A DNA stretch of 62,777 nt, filler included. It is 12 parts of 12 records of this genome, joined end to end, with 100 filler letters (N's around TTAATTAATTAA, not from the genome) between each part and the next. Parts side by side here need not be neighbours in the genome. Positions count along the whole stretch, not along the records: positions 39,555 to 43,252 come from SRR7504441_17442; positions 43,353 to 50,086 come from SRR7504441_17456; positions 50,187 to 56,321 come from SRR7504441_17468; 9 more parts are not named here. The stretch is one strand, 5' to 3'. Shown one piece after another: positions 41,834 to 53,089 of the stretch. Positions within the stretch are counted from its first letter, which is position 1. Every line of letters starts with the position of its first letter. Under the pieces are notes generated by a model. It saw only the letters and a program-made list of their open reading frames with translations, did no database searches and was not told the origin of the DNA. The position numbers were made by a program, and so were the translations under genes.

Positions 41834-43252
41834 ATGGCTAAGGGAGACGACGAGGGCACCGCCCAGGTCGGCCTGCAAGGGCAAGCCACACAGCCGGCGG
41901 CCCCCCAACATCCGGCACCCAACGCGACTATCGTCGGGGCGGCGGCGGGGCTCCGGATGATCCCGTCGCGTGCCAACGAGCTGGCCGTGCGTTCTGCTTC
42001 CAAGGTGCAGCGACACCTCCATGCTATCAGACTCAGTGTCTCGTACAGGCGGCTGGGCTCACCGCAGGCCAGCAGGCGGCCAACCCGATGCTGTCGAGGG
42101 TGCGTCGTACTAATTCGCTGACCTCACGCTGGTTTGTAGGCCTGTGGCATGAACGAACCGGGGGCTGATCAGCCCACTGACGTGCGGGACCTGAACGACC
42201 AACGCGAAGATGCCGAGGTGGATCACGACCAGGCCGAGATGGACGTGATCTTCGAGCACACGCTTGCGGTCAAGGACGAGGCCACCACGCTCACCAACTT
42301 CGACCAGCTCTGGGCCATCAACCCAGCTGTAAAGTACGGCTGGGGCCCCAACGGAATCACATCGGATAAGGCTGCCGAGGCGCTGGCCGAGTATGGTGAC
42401 GGAGTGCCTCTCGTCTCGTGCTGAGCTGTGCGGGCAGGTCCCAACCAGCTGACACCTCCTCCGCAGCTGCCAGAGTGGATCAAATTCCTGCTGCACCTGT
42501 GCGGTGCCCTGTTCCCGGTCCGGCCGCGCCAACTCAATTGCGTGCTCCAGGTGGGTTTTCGTTGCTGCTCTGGGCTGGCTCTGTCCTCTGCTTTGCTGTT
42601 TATGCGATCAACGGCCTCAACGACAACCTGTGAGCAGCGAGCCTCTTGCGTAGGGCTAAAGCTGTGAATGCTCTCAGGTATCTGGGTGTCGTGCTCGCCG
42701 CTGTGGTTACAGCTACTGGGATTTTTTCGTACTATCAAGAAGCTCAGGCAGACGACACCATGAAGGCCTTCGCCAACATGGCTCCGGATCAAGTCTACGT
42801 CTACCGTGACGGAAATCGGAGGCAGGATAAGATGAATGCCACCGAGCTCGTGCCTGGTGACGTGGTCGAGGTGAATAACGGAGACAAAGTGCCGGCCGAC
42901 ATTCTGTGCTTGGAAGTGTCGGACTTCAAGGTGAACAACTCATGCCTGACCGGAGAGCCCGAGGCTCTGGAGCGCACCATCTATGTAACCGACCCAGATG
43001 TGATGGAGACCAAAAATATCGCTTTCTTTGGCACATTCTGTGAATCTGGAACATGCAAAGGCCTGGTGCTCAGGACTGGAGACAACACCAGGATGGGGCA
43101 GATTGCTTCGGAGACATCAAAGGACGATGAACAAGAGACATTGATGCAGATGGAAATTCGGCACTTTATTCATATTGTTGCCATCTGTGCTGGAGTTATT
43201 GGAATTGTCTTTTTCATCATTGCTATTCCCAATTACGGGATTGTGGATGCTC
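41834..43252 (+). CDS. P2C-type Na+/K+-ATPase alpha subunit, 5' part, multi-exon, truncated at spacer
   Basis: GPNQLTPP..PEWIKF..GGFSLLLW.GSVLCF..DNLYLGVVLAAVV..TGIFSYYQE; GDKVPAD; KVNNSCLTGEPE; ETKNIAFFGT; EIRHFIHI. Confidence 0.9.
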
Positions 43253-43352
43253 NNNNNNNNNNNNNNNNNNNNNNNNNNNNNNNNNNNNNNNNNNNNTTAA
43301 TTAATTAANNNNNNNNNNNNNNNNNNNNNNNNNNNNNNNNNNNNNNNNNNNN

Positions 43353-43644
43353 CTTGGGGAGAGAGAACTGGAGCCAGTTCCGTTTGTACAGCGGCTGCAC
43401 AATCCAGTAGGACAGCTCCAGCTTGGACCCCTTGCGCACCTGCCCGGCCGCTCCGGCCGCCGGTCGCCGGGGGGCGCACGTCGGGTTCTAGGGCCGGGTC
43501 CAGGGCCGGATCTAGGTATCCGAGGCTCAGCGCGTCAATCTCGAACATGACCGGGACTCGCTGCTACCCGGGTGAGCGGCCGGTGGGCTCGGGCCCAGGC
43601 ACCTCTTCCTCGGCCAGGAAGGCGTCCAGGTCGTAGTAGGACAT
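43353..43644 (-). CDS. PSF3: GINS complex subunit Psf3, 5' part
   Basis: Spliced MSYYDLDAFLAEEE|RVPVMF..LGYLDP..|..GSKLELSYW; truncated at the spacer. Confidence 0.75.
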
Positions 43645-43759
43645 CTCCGGAGACCCTACTACCCGAGCCCGTGTCTGCTCCGGCGCTTCAAAAATCTCCC
43701 TCCGATTTGATTTGCACAACCAGGCGGAGTGCGCCGGGCTGGGGCCGGCTGTCGTTGCG

Positions 43760-44629
43760 ATGCTGCGCGGGTTGGAGGCGGCGGTGGAGCGGCTGGGCGG
43801 GTTCGGGCCGATGGTGCTGCCGGCGGCAGGCAGGGTCGAGCTGGAGCGCCAGTTCGGGATCGGAACCGACCAGCTTCTCCCGGCGCTCTCGGAGCTCGTG
43901 AAGCGCCGGGCGGTGGCCCCGATCTCGGGGTTCGAGGTGGGGGCCGCCGGGCTGGGGAACAGCGGCCGGGTGTTTTTCGGGGTGAACATGGAGTTTATCG
44001 GCGACCGTATCGGGCAGACGGTGCACGGGGAGCAATTCATGCTGGCCAACGCGTTCAACCGGGCTGAGACTGGGATCAAGGCGCTCGCGGTGAACGCCGC
44101 CCCGTGCGGGCACTGCCGGCAGTTCTTGAACGAGCTGCCGGAGGCCGGGAGCATTAAGGTGATGGTGGACCAGGAGCAGTGGCGGCTGAGCCAGCTCCTG
44201 CCGGCCTCGTTCGGGCCGGCGGACCTCGGGTCCGACACCCGGCTGCTCGACGCTCTCGACCACCAGCTGTTGCCGCTGAGGGAGCGCGATGAGACCGACC
44301 GGCTGCTGATGAGCGCGGTGCGGGCGGCCAACCGATCGTACTCGCCGTATACTGGCTCGCCGTCCGGAGTGGCGCTGGAGGTGGACGGGGAGAGCTACTC
44401 GGGTGGGTATGTGGAGAGCGCAGCGTACAACCCGTCGCTGCCGCCGCTGCAGGTGGCGCTGGTGGCGCTGCACACCGGGGGGATCGTGGAATTCGGGAGG
44501 ATAGAGCGAGCGGTGCTAGTGGAGCAGGAGCAAGCTCCGGTGCAGCAGCACGCGGGCACCAAGGAGCTGCTGCGGGTGGTGGCGCCGGAGATTGAGCTGG
44601 AGCGGGTGCTGATCGGACCCAAACCGTGA
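43760..44629 (+). CDS. cdd: Homodimeric (two-domain) cytidine deaminase
   Basis: APISGFEVGAAG, GVNMEF, TVHGEQF, PCGHCRQFLNEL, LLPASFGPADL, SYSPYTGSPSGVAL, ESAAYNPSLPPLQ. Intronless. Confidence 0.93.
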   Translation: MLRGLEAAVERLGGFGPMVLPAAGRVELERQFGIGTDQLLPALSELVKRRAVAPISGFEVGAAGLGNSGRVFFGVNMEFIGDRIGQTVHGEQFMLANAFNRAETGIKALAVNAAPCGHCRQFLNELPEAGSIKVMVDQEQWRLSQLLPASFGPADLGSDTRLLDALDHQLLPLRERDETDRLLMSAVRAANRSYSPYTGSPSGVALEVDGESYSGGYVESAAYNPSLPPLQVALVALHTGGIVEFGRIERAVLVEQEQAPVQQHAGTKELLRVVAPEIELERVLIGPKP

Positions 44630-44835
44630 ACATGTGCCCAGATGACTTAGTATGCACTTATTGCATGAGTGGCCGCCCCTAATAAGTAAGAGTACTCGCA
44701 CGAGTACGTTACCTAAACGTTACCAATATTGTTGTGGAGGCCACGGTGCGCGTGTGAAGATTACTGGGCGACGGGACTGCGCGCAAGGTGTTTATTACTG
44801 TCGGGTCATATTAAAAGACACCACGAGCCACGCAT

Positions 44836-44915
44836 CGAGGCGCCAGGCGAATCGTCCGGCAGCTAAGCCCTCAAGACGGGCCTTTGCGCCGCCGGAGTCA
44901 CGTGCCTGCGCCTCG
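44836..44915 (-). promoter_or_regulatory. Eukaryotic SECIS element (type II, GUGA core) in the SelW 3' UTR
   Basis: CGAGGCGCAGGC ac GUGAC UCCGGCGGC gc AAA GGCCC gucuuga GGGCU ua GCUGCCGGA CGAU uc GCCUGGCGCCUCG: helix I, UGA/GA quartet, helix II, unpaired AAA and apical mini-stem. Confidence 0.88.
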
Positions 44916-44965
44916 TCGGCCGCCCGCCGCGCCCCTACCGCACACCCGGCGCTGCCAGGCGCCGC

Positions 44966-45267
44966 CTAGGCGTGGCTCTCCTGGATCGATTTGAACAGGG
45001 CTTCGAACTTGGGCTCGTCAGGAAAGCCATCACCCCCGGCCTTGGAATGGACCTTCTCGCCGTCAAAGAAGATCTCGAAGTTGCCGGTGGTCCCGGCGTC
45101 CCGGATGAGCCCAATGTCGTCCACAAGGTCCCCCACAGCCTGCACGAATCGTTGCTGGGCTGCGTTGGCCTTGGGACCGTACCCTCAGCCTCCACTGACC
45201 CCACGGGCTCAGCCAGGCCGCGGCAGCCGGCAGACCAATACTGGATTTTGATATCTTTGACTGGCAT
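44966..45267 (-). CDS. SELENOW: Selenoprotein W (Rdx family), 86 aa, in-frame UGA=Sec at 45185-45187; intron 45195-45235
   Basis: Spliced: MPVKDIKIQYCGGUGYGPKA...GTTGNFEIFFDGEKVHSKAGGDGFPD..; CxxU motif plus downstream SECIS. Confidence 0.92.
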
Positions 45268-45429
45268 TCTCTGCTCCCGCAGCTCAGAACACCCGGCGCC
45301 GCCGCCGCGCAGCGCACCGTGTCGCCGGTTGACCTCCGTGACCGAGTCCGCTTTTTTTATTATTCGCTTTCACCGGTTGGCTGAAGTGCTTGTGTGGTAC
45401 AGGTTGTGCAGACCATCCGCAGACCATCC

Positions 45430-46262
45430 ATGTCTGAGCCGGCGACGTCAGAGCCAGCGACCAAGCGGAGCCGGCTCCAGCGGGAGAACCGGATCATGCA
45501 CGAGATGATGCAGTGCCAGAACAACGAGAGCATGCTCTTTATTAAGGACATCGAGGACGTGGGCGGTGCCCCCGGCCCGCGGCCGCCGCTCAGCCCGTGC
45601 CGGCAGAGTGGCAGATCCGGCTGCCGATCAAGGGCGGGGGGCTGCCCGAGGCGCTGGTGAAGGACATGGAGGCGGTTGGGGTCAAGGGGCTGGACATCAT
45701 GATTCTATTCTCCGAAGGCTACCCGTTCCAGCCGCCCAGCATAAGAGTAATCTCGCCGAGACTCCAAAAGGGCACCGGTGCCTTGCTCGGCCGGGGGCGC
45801 GACTCAGCCGGCCGGGCAGGGTTTGTGATCAACGGCAGTCTGTGCATGGAGCTGCTAACGGCCGGGGGCTGGTCGCCGGCCCTTTCGATGGAGAGTGTGC
45901 TGCAGAGCGTGGTGCCTTGCTTGCCAGCATCAGGGCTCACTCTGCCCTGGGCGCAGCGTGGGATCCTCTCGGAGGGCAAAGCCCGGTTAGACCTAGCGCC
46001 CAGCGAGCCGCCGCCCGCACCAGCGCCGGCGCCTGCCGAAGGCGAGCCTCCAGCTGCGGTGGCTGCGGCTGCTGTGCCTGCGGGGCAGAGGGGGGCCAAG
46101 AGGGTCAGGCCGGCGAATGTAGAGAACGCTGGCCTGACTCCGGAGCAGCGACAGGAGCGGTGCATCAAGGGTTATACCAAGCACGAGGCGGACCATGCCT
46201 GGAATCATATTGTAGCGTTTCATGAGAAGCACGGTTGGAGCAAGAAGCCTCGCAAAAGTTGA
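45430..46262 (+). CDS. Ubiquitin-conjugating enzyme E2, UBE2Q-like, multi-exon
   Basis: YPFQPPSIRVISPRL..GFVINGSLCMELLTAGGWSPALSMESVL; C-terminal YTKHEA..W.HIV..HEKHGW. Confidence 0.85.
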
Positions 46263-46505
46263 CTGATTGACACTTTGATTAAGAGCAGCTATCATCAAGC
46301 CGATCACACTTGTAAAACGAGCCACACAGACTAACGCCCCACCACGTGTTCAATAAGAAATAGGCATTAAACATGATATTTATGCACAATCCTTAGCTCT
46401 ACATTCGCTCGTCATCATCAATCAATTACGAGTATCTACTCGTATACCGTGTTCACGGAACCATCATGCAATTCGTACACCTACCGAAGCTTCACGCCTT
46501 GCCGC

Positions 46506-48586
46506 TCACAGCTCGCCGCGCGCCCTGTGCGATTGCGGATGGTCTTCCGGCACCCTCCAGCTTGCTGCCAGCACCGAGTCCGAAGCGTCGAGCCTTGAGG
46601 CTCCGATCCGGCTCGGGCCATACATCGCCACTTTACTCGAGTCAAAACAAGGGTTGAGCTCAGGCGTGAGCACATCGCACAGAGTTGAGCCGGCCGCAGC
46701 CGCTGCCTCGCTTCCACTGGACAGTTGGCCGGCCCAGTAGGTGTTGCCGACGTTGGCGACACCAGACGCGTTGAAGCCAGCCACCAACAGTTTGGCTGAA
46801 TGCTCCGCCGGCAGCGCTGCGGCCGGGGCGCGGCCGGTGCAGTGGATGGCCACCTGATTCGGCCCGCTCTTGATCTCCTGCGGAAGCGTCTGGCCGTCGT
46901 TCAGGCCGTCTTGGGTAGAATGGACCAGCTCAGTGGCAAGGTCCACGTCTGAGATGAACGGGAGATTGAGCTCACGGAGTGCGGAGAGCACCACCTTGAG
47001 GTACTCTGCGGCCTGGACCTCGGCGCCCCCGGCGCAGGCCCATGGGCCGGGCAGGGCTCCAGTCCAGCGCTCCCTTCCGAGCAGCCCAGTGCCGCATGGT
47101 CGGATGTGCACGTATGCGGTCAACCCTTTCTCAGCTGCACGCTTGTTGGCTGGGCCCAATGGTGAGCCAGAGCAAGGCAGGGAGGGGCACCGTCGAGCAG
47201 CATCGGGTGGACGATGGCTTGGATCCGCTTGCGGTAGACAGCCAGATTGAGCAGCTTGTCGGCCGATGGAGTGATGGCGACAAACTTACCAGTACCAGCT
47301 TCGTATTCCTTGTGCGCAGTCACAAAATCGGGCAAGTAGTACCGGCCGTCGCCTCCCTCGCCATAGTACTTTGCCCACACCTCCAGCAGCCGGCCCCGGG
47401 GCTCTCGGCCATACCGTGCGTGAGGTCCTGTGTTCCCAAAGGTCGGGAACTGGGCAGCAGCGTCAGGTCCGTAACCCGTGGCGGCGGTGCAGCTCTCATC
47501 TACCACCATGTGCTCATACTCGAACGGCCTGGCACCTGCGCCGCCCGCTCAGCCGGCAGGGAGCCTATCGCGGCTCACCGGCGCTGCCCACCAGAACTCC
47601 TGTGCCGCAGTCTGTTGGGTTCTGGGTCGGGGTAGAAGCCAGCCCCGACAGGCCGTTGTTGCCCCCGGAGCAGTCATTGATGAAGTGCACCCCGGAGCTC
47701 AGACCGACCAGCCCGGCCAACTGGATCTCGTCGCAGCTGAGTAGATCTGCCAGCCTGAGCTGCCCGTCATCCGCTTCACGCTCGCTCCCAATCGTGTCCC
47801 ACTCGCCCTCGCCGCACCGCCGGTCCTTGAGCAGCCAGCACTGCTCCGGCCCGCAGAACGCGAGCGGCCGGGCTGTGATCAGCCGCCAGACCAGGTCAGA
47901 GTCATTCATGTTTGAGTAGAGCTGCCTTTCAGTGGCTGAGCCAAACTTGCGCTTGTGCTGCATGAAGTCCTGGCAGAGCCGGACCATGCTATCCGCGCAG
48001 ATCGCCCGGGCACCACGCACGTGCTCCGACCCGTCGTCCCACCGGGCCGGATCCTGACATAGAACCGCCAGACGATTGCCGGCGGTGGGTGCGCTGAACC
48101 TCTCGCATCCAGGCAGCGGCCAAGCCGCGGCGGCCTGCTGGGCCCTCAACGACTCGGGCGCGAGCAGATCGAGCTCCGGCAGCTGGACCGCCGGGAAGCT
48201 GGCCTCTTGCAGCCACCAGCCACGCTGCCCGGGCCGGGTGGGCGAGAGAGGAGATGTGTATACCCCGCTTTCCAGTCCGCCGAGGCCACCTTGATTGAGC
48301 GCGGGGGCGCCCTCCAGGACTTGGGGGTCGGGGACCAGCCCGGCCTTGGCCCCGCGGTCGGCCCGAGACTGCTCAGCAACGGTCCAGGCCGCGAGGCCGT
48401 TCTCCTCGGCCAAAGACTCCAGCTCTTCGATCGAGCCGCAGCTGGCCACCACCGCCGGGTCGATGCGCTTGGCCAGGTAGCGCTTGAGCAGCTGCGCCTG
48501 CGATGCAGCCTCCCCTGCCCTGCGCGCTCGGCTAGCCCCCCTCGGCCGCCCGCACCTTGGGAGAGGGGACTCAGGAACTCGGCCAT
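46506..48586 (-). CDS. MavL-like / DUF4804 atypical macrodomain protein, multi-exon
   Basis: FMQHKRKFGSATERQLY, RLITARPLAF, GEWDTIGSERE..LRLADLLSCDEIQLAGLVGLS..HFIND, EYEHMVV, NVGNTYWAGQL..S.EAAAA.ST..ELNP; pattern recalled from this family. Confidence 0.62.
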
Positions 48587-48632
48587 ACGATCGTAACAGC
48601 TTTTCCGTTATCGATAAAGTGGAGGCTCACTG

Positions 48633-49309
48633 ATGCCGCAGGAGTGGGAGCGGACCCGCCTGCGGCAGCTGCGGCAACAGCTCACCACGCCCCCAATGGC
48701 CTACACTCCAGGTGGCCGGTGCCGTCCAGGAGGCCTGACCGGTGGCCGGCAGCCAAGCCGCACAAGCTCCCGAGCCGGCCGGCCGTACCCGAACCTGCCG
48801 ACCTGCGCGTCCGGCTGGCTCGGGCCGAGGCACGGGCGGCCGAGGCCGAGCAGCTGTCCCAGGACCTGGCCACGGCGGCCAGTCGGCGGATTGACGAGCT
48901 GGAGGCGGTGCTGGCCCAGCCGTCGGACCTGCGAGTCCGGCAGCTAGAGCGGCAGCTAGCCGCGAGTGAGGCAGAGCGGGAGAGGGCGGTAGCCGGGTGG
49001 CGGCACGCCGAGGCGAGGCTGACCGAGATGGAGACTCGGCTGGGGTACCACAGGGCGTGCGCGCTGGGTGGAAACAGGGAAACTCAAGAGCCGTTGGGCC
49101 GGGCGGCGGAGCGCGCAGTGCTGGACCTCGAAATGTCGGCCGAGCTCATCCAGGCCCAGGTGGCGTGCGAGCAACGGATCGAGCAGCTCGAGGGGAAAAT
49201 GGGCGGGGAGGGCGAGCTGGGGGCGCGGGTGAAGGCCAAGAGGCCACCGTGGCATTGGGGCGCAGCGCGGAAGGCGGTGGCAGAGCAGAATGAAAGGGCC
49301 ATCCCTTGA
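48633..49309 (+). CDS. Hypothetical coiled-coil protein
   Basis: Heptad-rich LARAEARAAEAEQL.., RQLERQLAASEAE; probable short intron near the 5' end. Confidence 0.5.
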
Positions 49310-49440
49310 TTGAGCGAGGGACCTGTTTAACGTGGTACGACACTTAATGCGGACGCAATTTAATCCATCAGGACCCGCAATGCATATCTATAGCTGCGAG
49401 TATTCATATTATCTTGATGCGCATTCACCAGCGGCGACCC

Positions 49441-49914
49441 TTAAGTAGCTCCTCCGCCGGAGGACGTGACCGCAGCATCCTGGAGCCGCCAGAGCTGCAC
49501 CGGATCCCGGGCCACGAAGAACCCAGCCCAGGCCCCGTCTGCCTCCACCACTCCCGCCCCGTCCGGGTAAGGGTCGTGCACAGTCCGCAGCTCCTGGCCC
49601 TCGGTCACCGCCACCACGCAGTGCTTGTGCTCCCCGCGGGGCGAGCCCGCCGCCAGAATACACACCGAGCCCTCCGCCACCGGATACGGCAGCCGGAGCC
49701 CCGCCCCGAGCGGCAGCTTGAGCAGTGCGAGCCCGCTCGGGCGGAGGAAGTGATCTAGCGCCGACAGGTAGCCCTCGGGCGACTTGAGGAAGTTCGGGAC
49801 GGCCGGCAGCGGTAGCTGCAGGACAGTACACACGGCAGCCTGCAGCGCGTTCCCGCCGCCTGGGCTGAAGTCGTCCTGGTGCACCACCGGCCGCTCCCCG
49901 GACCATGGTGCCAT
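49441..49914 (-). CDS. Small protein resembling phage/bacterial papain-fold (C39-like) proteins, lacking the Cys nucleophile
   Basis: GNALQAAVCTVL.LPL..VPNF, GSPRG..KHCVV, VHDPYP. Confidence 0.5.
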   Translation of the reverse strand: MAPWSGERPVVHQDDFSPGGGNALQAAVCTVLQLPLPAVPNFLKSPEGYLSALDHFLRPSGLALLKLPLGAGLRLPYPVAEGSVCILAAGSPRGEHKHCVVAVTEGQELRTVHDPYPDGAGVVEADGAWAGFFVARDPVQLWRLQDAAVTSSGGGAT

Positions 49915-50365
49915 CGGAAGTGATGTCGTTATTCTCAATATTCTCCTGTCCGTAAAAAGGGAGTCTGTTACTCGCTCCGACGGCTAGATTGCTGAGAGAC
50001 CATGCGAGGAGACACCACCACCACCAAAGTGATTGCGGCTTGTTTGATCATCCACCTGTACTAGAGTACTCGTAGGATCGAGAATANNNNNNNNNNNNNN
50101 NNNNNNNNNNNNNNNNNNNNNNNNNNNNNNTTAATTAATTAANNNNNNNNNNNNNNNNNNNNNNNNNNNNNNNNNNNNNNNNNNNNGGTGTGTATTGAGC
50201 TCTAATGAACTAATTTCGTTTAACATGCAAATTAATACAGTATGCAAATGAGTAAGGTCATCTTTATGTGAAGTTAGTATCCCACGGGCACGCCACATGC
50301 ACATGCCTTGCCCCTAATTCTTGATAATCTGCCACAAAGAGCTTGGTTTGCATGAATGCACTATG

Positions 50366-50920
50366 TCATGAACTAGTCATGAACAATGAATTGCAAGATG
50401 CAAGCAAGATGTAAGCACCTGTATAAAACATACAACTGTCGTCCAAGAACGTGTCTAAGGATCCCAAGACACAACCCCCCGCCCAGATTGAGTGATGAGC
50501 AGCATTTGGGTGTGAGGGTGTGACTTCCACCTTGAATCCGGGTAGCTCATTCGACAATTCTACTTGTAGCCTCGGAACAAATCCATGGGCGTTGCATGTC
50601 CCTCCAGACACGAGCACATTGGCAGCTAAGGACTTCTGGTTATCGATCTCTGCGTTTCGAATCGAAGTCCTCACTAGTTGCTGTATCGATAGCACCTGAC
50701 AAACTGGTGAGGTCGGGCTCCTTGGAGTTTGATACCTCTGATGATAGTCCGATCAACCGGGGTTCGAATAAGGGCTCCAGGCAATCCTGCCTGATCCAAC
50801 CTGGGATCTTCTAAGCAAAAGGTAGGACTCGGGCTTCAGGGAGCACCTTCTATCTGTATTTGACTGCCGCAGCCTTTTCTCATCGAGCTGGTTCCAGTCA
50901 GCCCTCTGAGCCGCTGCGGC
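50366..50920 (-). pseudogene. Actin-related protein, C-terminal fragment only
   Basis: CLEPLFEP, SIQQLVRTSI, NVLVSGGT...GFVPRLQVEL, SIWAGGCVLGSLDTF; no N-terminal half is present upstream. Confidence 0.7.
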
Positions 50921-51523
50921 TCAGCTCCAACATAACTGTTGCTGCTCTGCAGCACACGGGTCGATGTGGCACCAGCTGACGCAAACGAGGACACTTCGAT
51001 CGGTCGAGGACCACTGCGAGCGAGGAGGAGCCTGTTGCAACTGATGAAGAGCCCGCTGCAGAGCGCCTACTTGGAGCACGAGAATGAGGGGATCAAGGAG
51101 ACTGCTCGGACTGCACTTCATGAAGTCATTGGCTAGCCGCAATAACACGTGTTCAGTACTCAATCATACTTGATTGCGCAACAATCGCTCGACACATGTA
51201 CATACGAATGTCCACCATTAGTTTATGAGAGACCGTGAACCAAGGTTTGAAAAAGCAGCGTTAACTTTGTACAAATTCAATAATCACATGACGACGTACA
51301 AGTTTGTTACAAGTTTGTATATAATGAATGTCTGTCGTATGTCTTTCATCATTTGAATAATAGGTCATACGAGTCTAGATAGTAAGGCCATAACACTATA
51401 AGTCTTCATTTTCATCTTTTGTGTTGCACACTAGTCACTTTGTGCGCACGTGTGTACGAGCACGATCTCGATTCTATATCAATCCATAATAATATCATAA
51501 TTTCATGACTTGAGTGGTGTGGT

Positions 51524-53089
51524 TTAGCTGTGGTTGCTGCGGTTGAAGCGCCACGATTTCACATTGTTGCCGCAAGGACATTTGATACTGCTCTCAGACT
51601 TGCTCTTGATGGCCTGAGCGAGCAGTGTGTCGGGTTCCATTGTGTATGCCCCTGACTTGTACTTCCCCATACACAGCCAACAGAACTCATACTTGCAGGA
51701 GGTGCAGCTCATATGCGAACAACCGCCTGCATGAATGATTGGGGTCGAGCACTGTGGACACGGCCGAGTGTTTGCATCCATCCATTCCAGAGACTCAGCG
51801 ACTCCACTGCTCGTAAGCTCAGCGCAGGTCAGTCCCTTGTGCCCTGCCCAGTTGTGCTGGCAATGCACGCAGAAGTGATAGCCACATTCAGAGCACTCGG
51901 CATCTGCACATGAAGCAATCCCGCCACCGCTGCATCGCGGACACCACACCCAGCCAGGTATGGTCGCCGCTGCCCGCTCCAATGAATGGCGATCAATCAG
52001 CTCGAGCGCCTCAGTGTGGCCAGCCCGCTGCATCCAACAGGCCGCAGCCTCGGGTGGCACTCCACCAAGGCAGACAGGGCAGCTCAGGCTATCGAATGTA
52101 CAGCCATCGTGAGCAAGTGCAGAGAACCATCCAGAGAGAGTCGTGAGACAGACTCGATGATGGCAACCTGGGACCACTTCCAGCCGGTCGCAGCAAAGGT
52201 GATGCTCGTCCCCACACACGTCACAGTCTGGCAGCCTGCCCGAAGATTTGTATCCGAGCAGCCTCTTGAGCAGTTTGATCTCTCCAGAGGCCCTGGCCAT
52301 CGTGACCGGACTGGACGCTGGCCCTGCGAGCTCCGGACGGCCCCATATGATATCAGGCCGGGAGAGTAGCGTCGGCGAAGCACCAGCGTCCAATAGATCA
52401 TCCAGGAGCTGCTTGCCATGCGCATCGAGCCCATCCTCGAGTGAGGACGCCACCAATAGATGCAACGCAGTCCTGCCTGCGTCGTCCTGCTCATCAACGG
52501 GCTGTTCTCGAGGCCTGAGCAGCTGTCGGGCTGCACTCCAGTCGTGCCACTCACAGGCCTGTAGGAAGCGGGAGCTCTTGTGCTGGAAAGTTCCGTGCCC
52601 GTGCTTTCGCATGTGATTGAACAAGTGGCTCCGGCAGCGGAAGTCCTTGAAACAGGTCAGACAGATCTCACGAGGCGGCTTGCCAGTAGTAGCCATCTCT
52701 TTCATCGCAGCCGCCCGATTCTTCTTGACGCGCAGCGCGTCCTGCCGGGCCTTCTTCTCGGCTTCGCGCCGGGCCTTCTCCTCGGCTTCACGCCTGGCCA
52801 TCTCCTCGGCTTCACGCCTGGCCATCTTGGCCTCCATCTCCCGATGTATTCGAGCGTACTGGGACGCACTCGGACGTCTCAGACGTGCCGAGGCAATGTC
52901 AGACCGCCATGGTATCCCGTTCTCCGCGGAGCGCGTCGTGCTGTTAGTCAGCGTTGTGGTCGTCCGGTACCCCAGCTGGGGCGCAGTGGCGTTACGGTCC
53001 TGGATCTGTCGGAGAACGCTCTCGTGCTGGCCCGGGGCGGTCCTCGTGTCCCCGGGCCTCGATCGACGGCACAGTAATAGACGGTCCAT
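51524..53089 (-). CDS. RBR (RING-IBR-RING) E3 ubiquitin ligase with C2H2 finger and ankyrin repeats
   Basis: CLTCFKDF...HMRKH; GRTALHLL; RING1 CDVC..CHHRVC..CPVC; IBR WCPRC..CSECGYHFCVHC..H...C; RING2 CPQC..GGCSHMSC..FCWLC. Confidence 0.88.
   Translation of the reverse strand: MDRLLLCRRSRPGDTRTAPGQHESVLRQIQDRNATAPQLGYRTTTTLTNSTTRSAENGIPWRSDIASARLRRPSASQYARIHREMEAKMARREAEEMARREAEEKARREAEKKARQDALRVKKNRAAAMKEMATTGKPPREICLTCFKDFRCRSHLFNHMRKHGHGTFQHKSSRFLQACEWHDWSAARQLLRPREQPVDEQDDAGRTALHLLVASSLEDGLDAHGKQLLDDLLDAGASPTLLSRPDIIWGRPELAGPASSPVTMARASGEIKLLKRLLGYKSSGRLPDCDVCGDEHHLCCDRLEVVPGCHHRVCLTTLSGWFSALAHDGCTFDSLSCPVCLGGVPPEAAACWMQRAGHTEALELIDRHSLERAAATIPGWVWCPRCSGGGIASCADAECSECGYHFCVHCQHNWAGHKGLTCAELTSSGVAESLEWMDANTRPCPQCSTPIIHAGGCSHMSCTSCKYEFCWLCMGKYKSGAYTMEPDTLLAQAIKSKSESSIKCPCGNNVKSWRFNRSNHS
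52741..52830 (-). repeat. 24-nt coding tandem repeat encoding (M/K)ARREAE(E/K)
   Basis: MARREAEE MARREAEE KARREAEK KARQ within the RBR ORF. Confidence 0.85.

Noticed and set aside
52741-52830. 24-nt direct repeats as a CRISPR array
   Set aside because: No spacers; it is an in-frame helical coding repeat.
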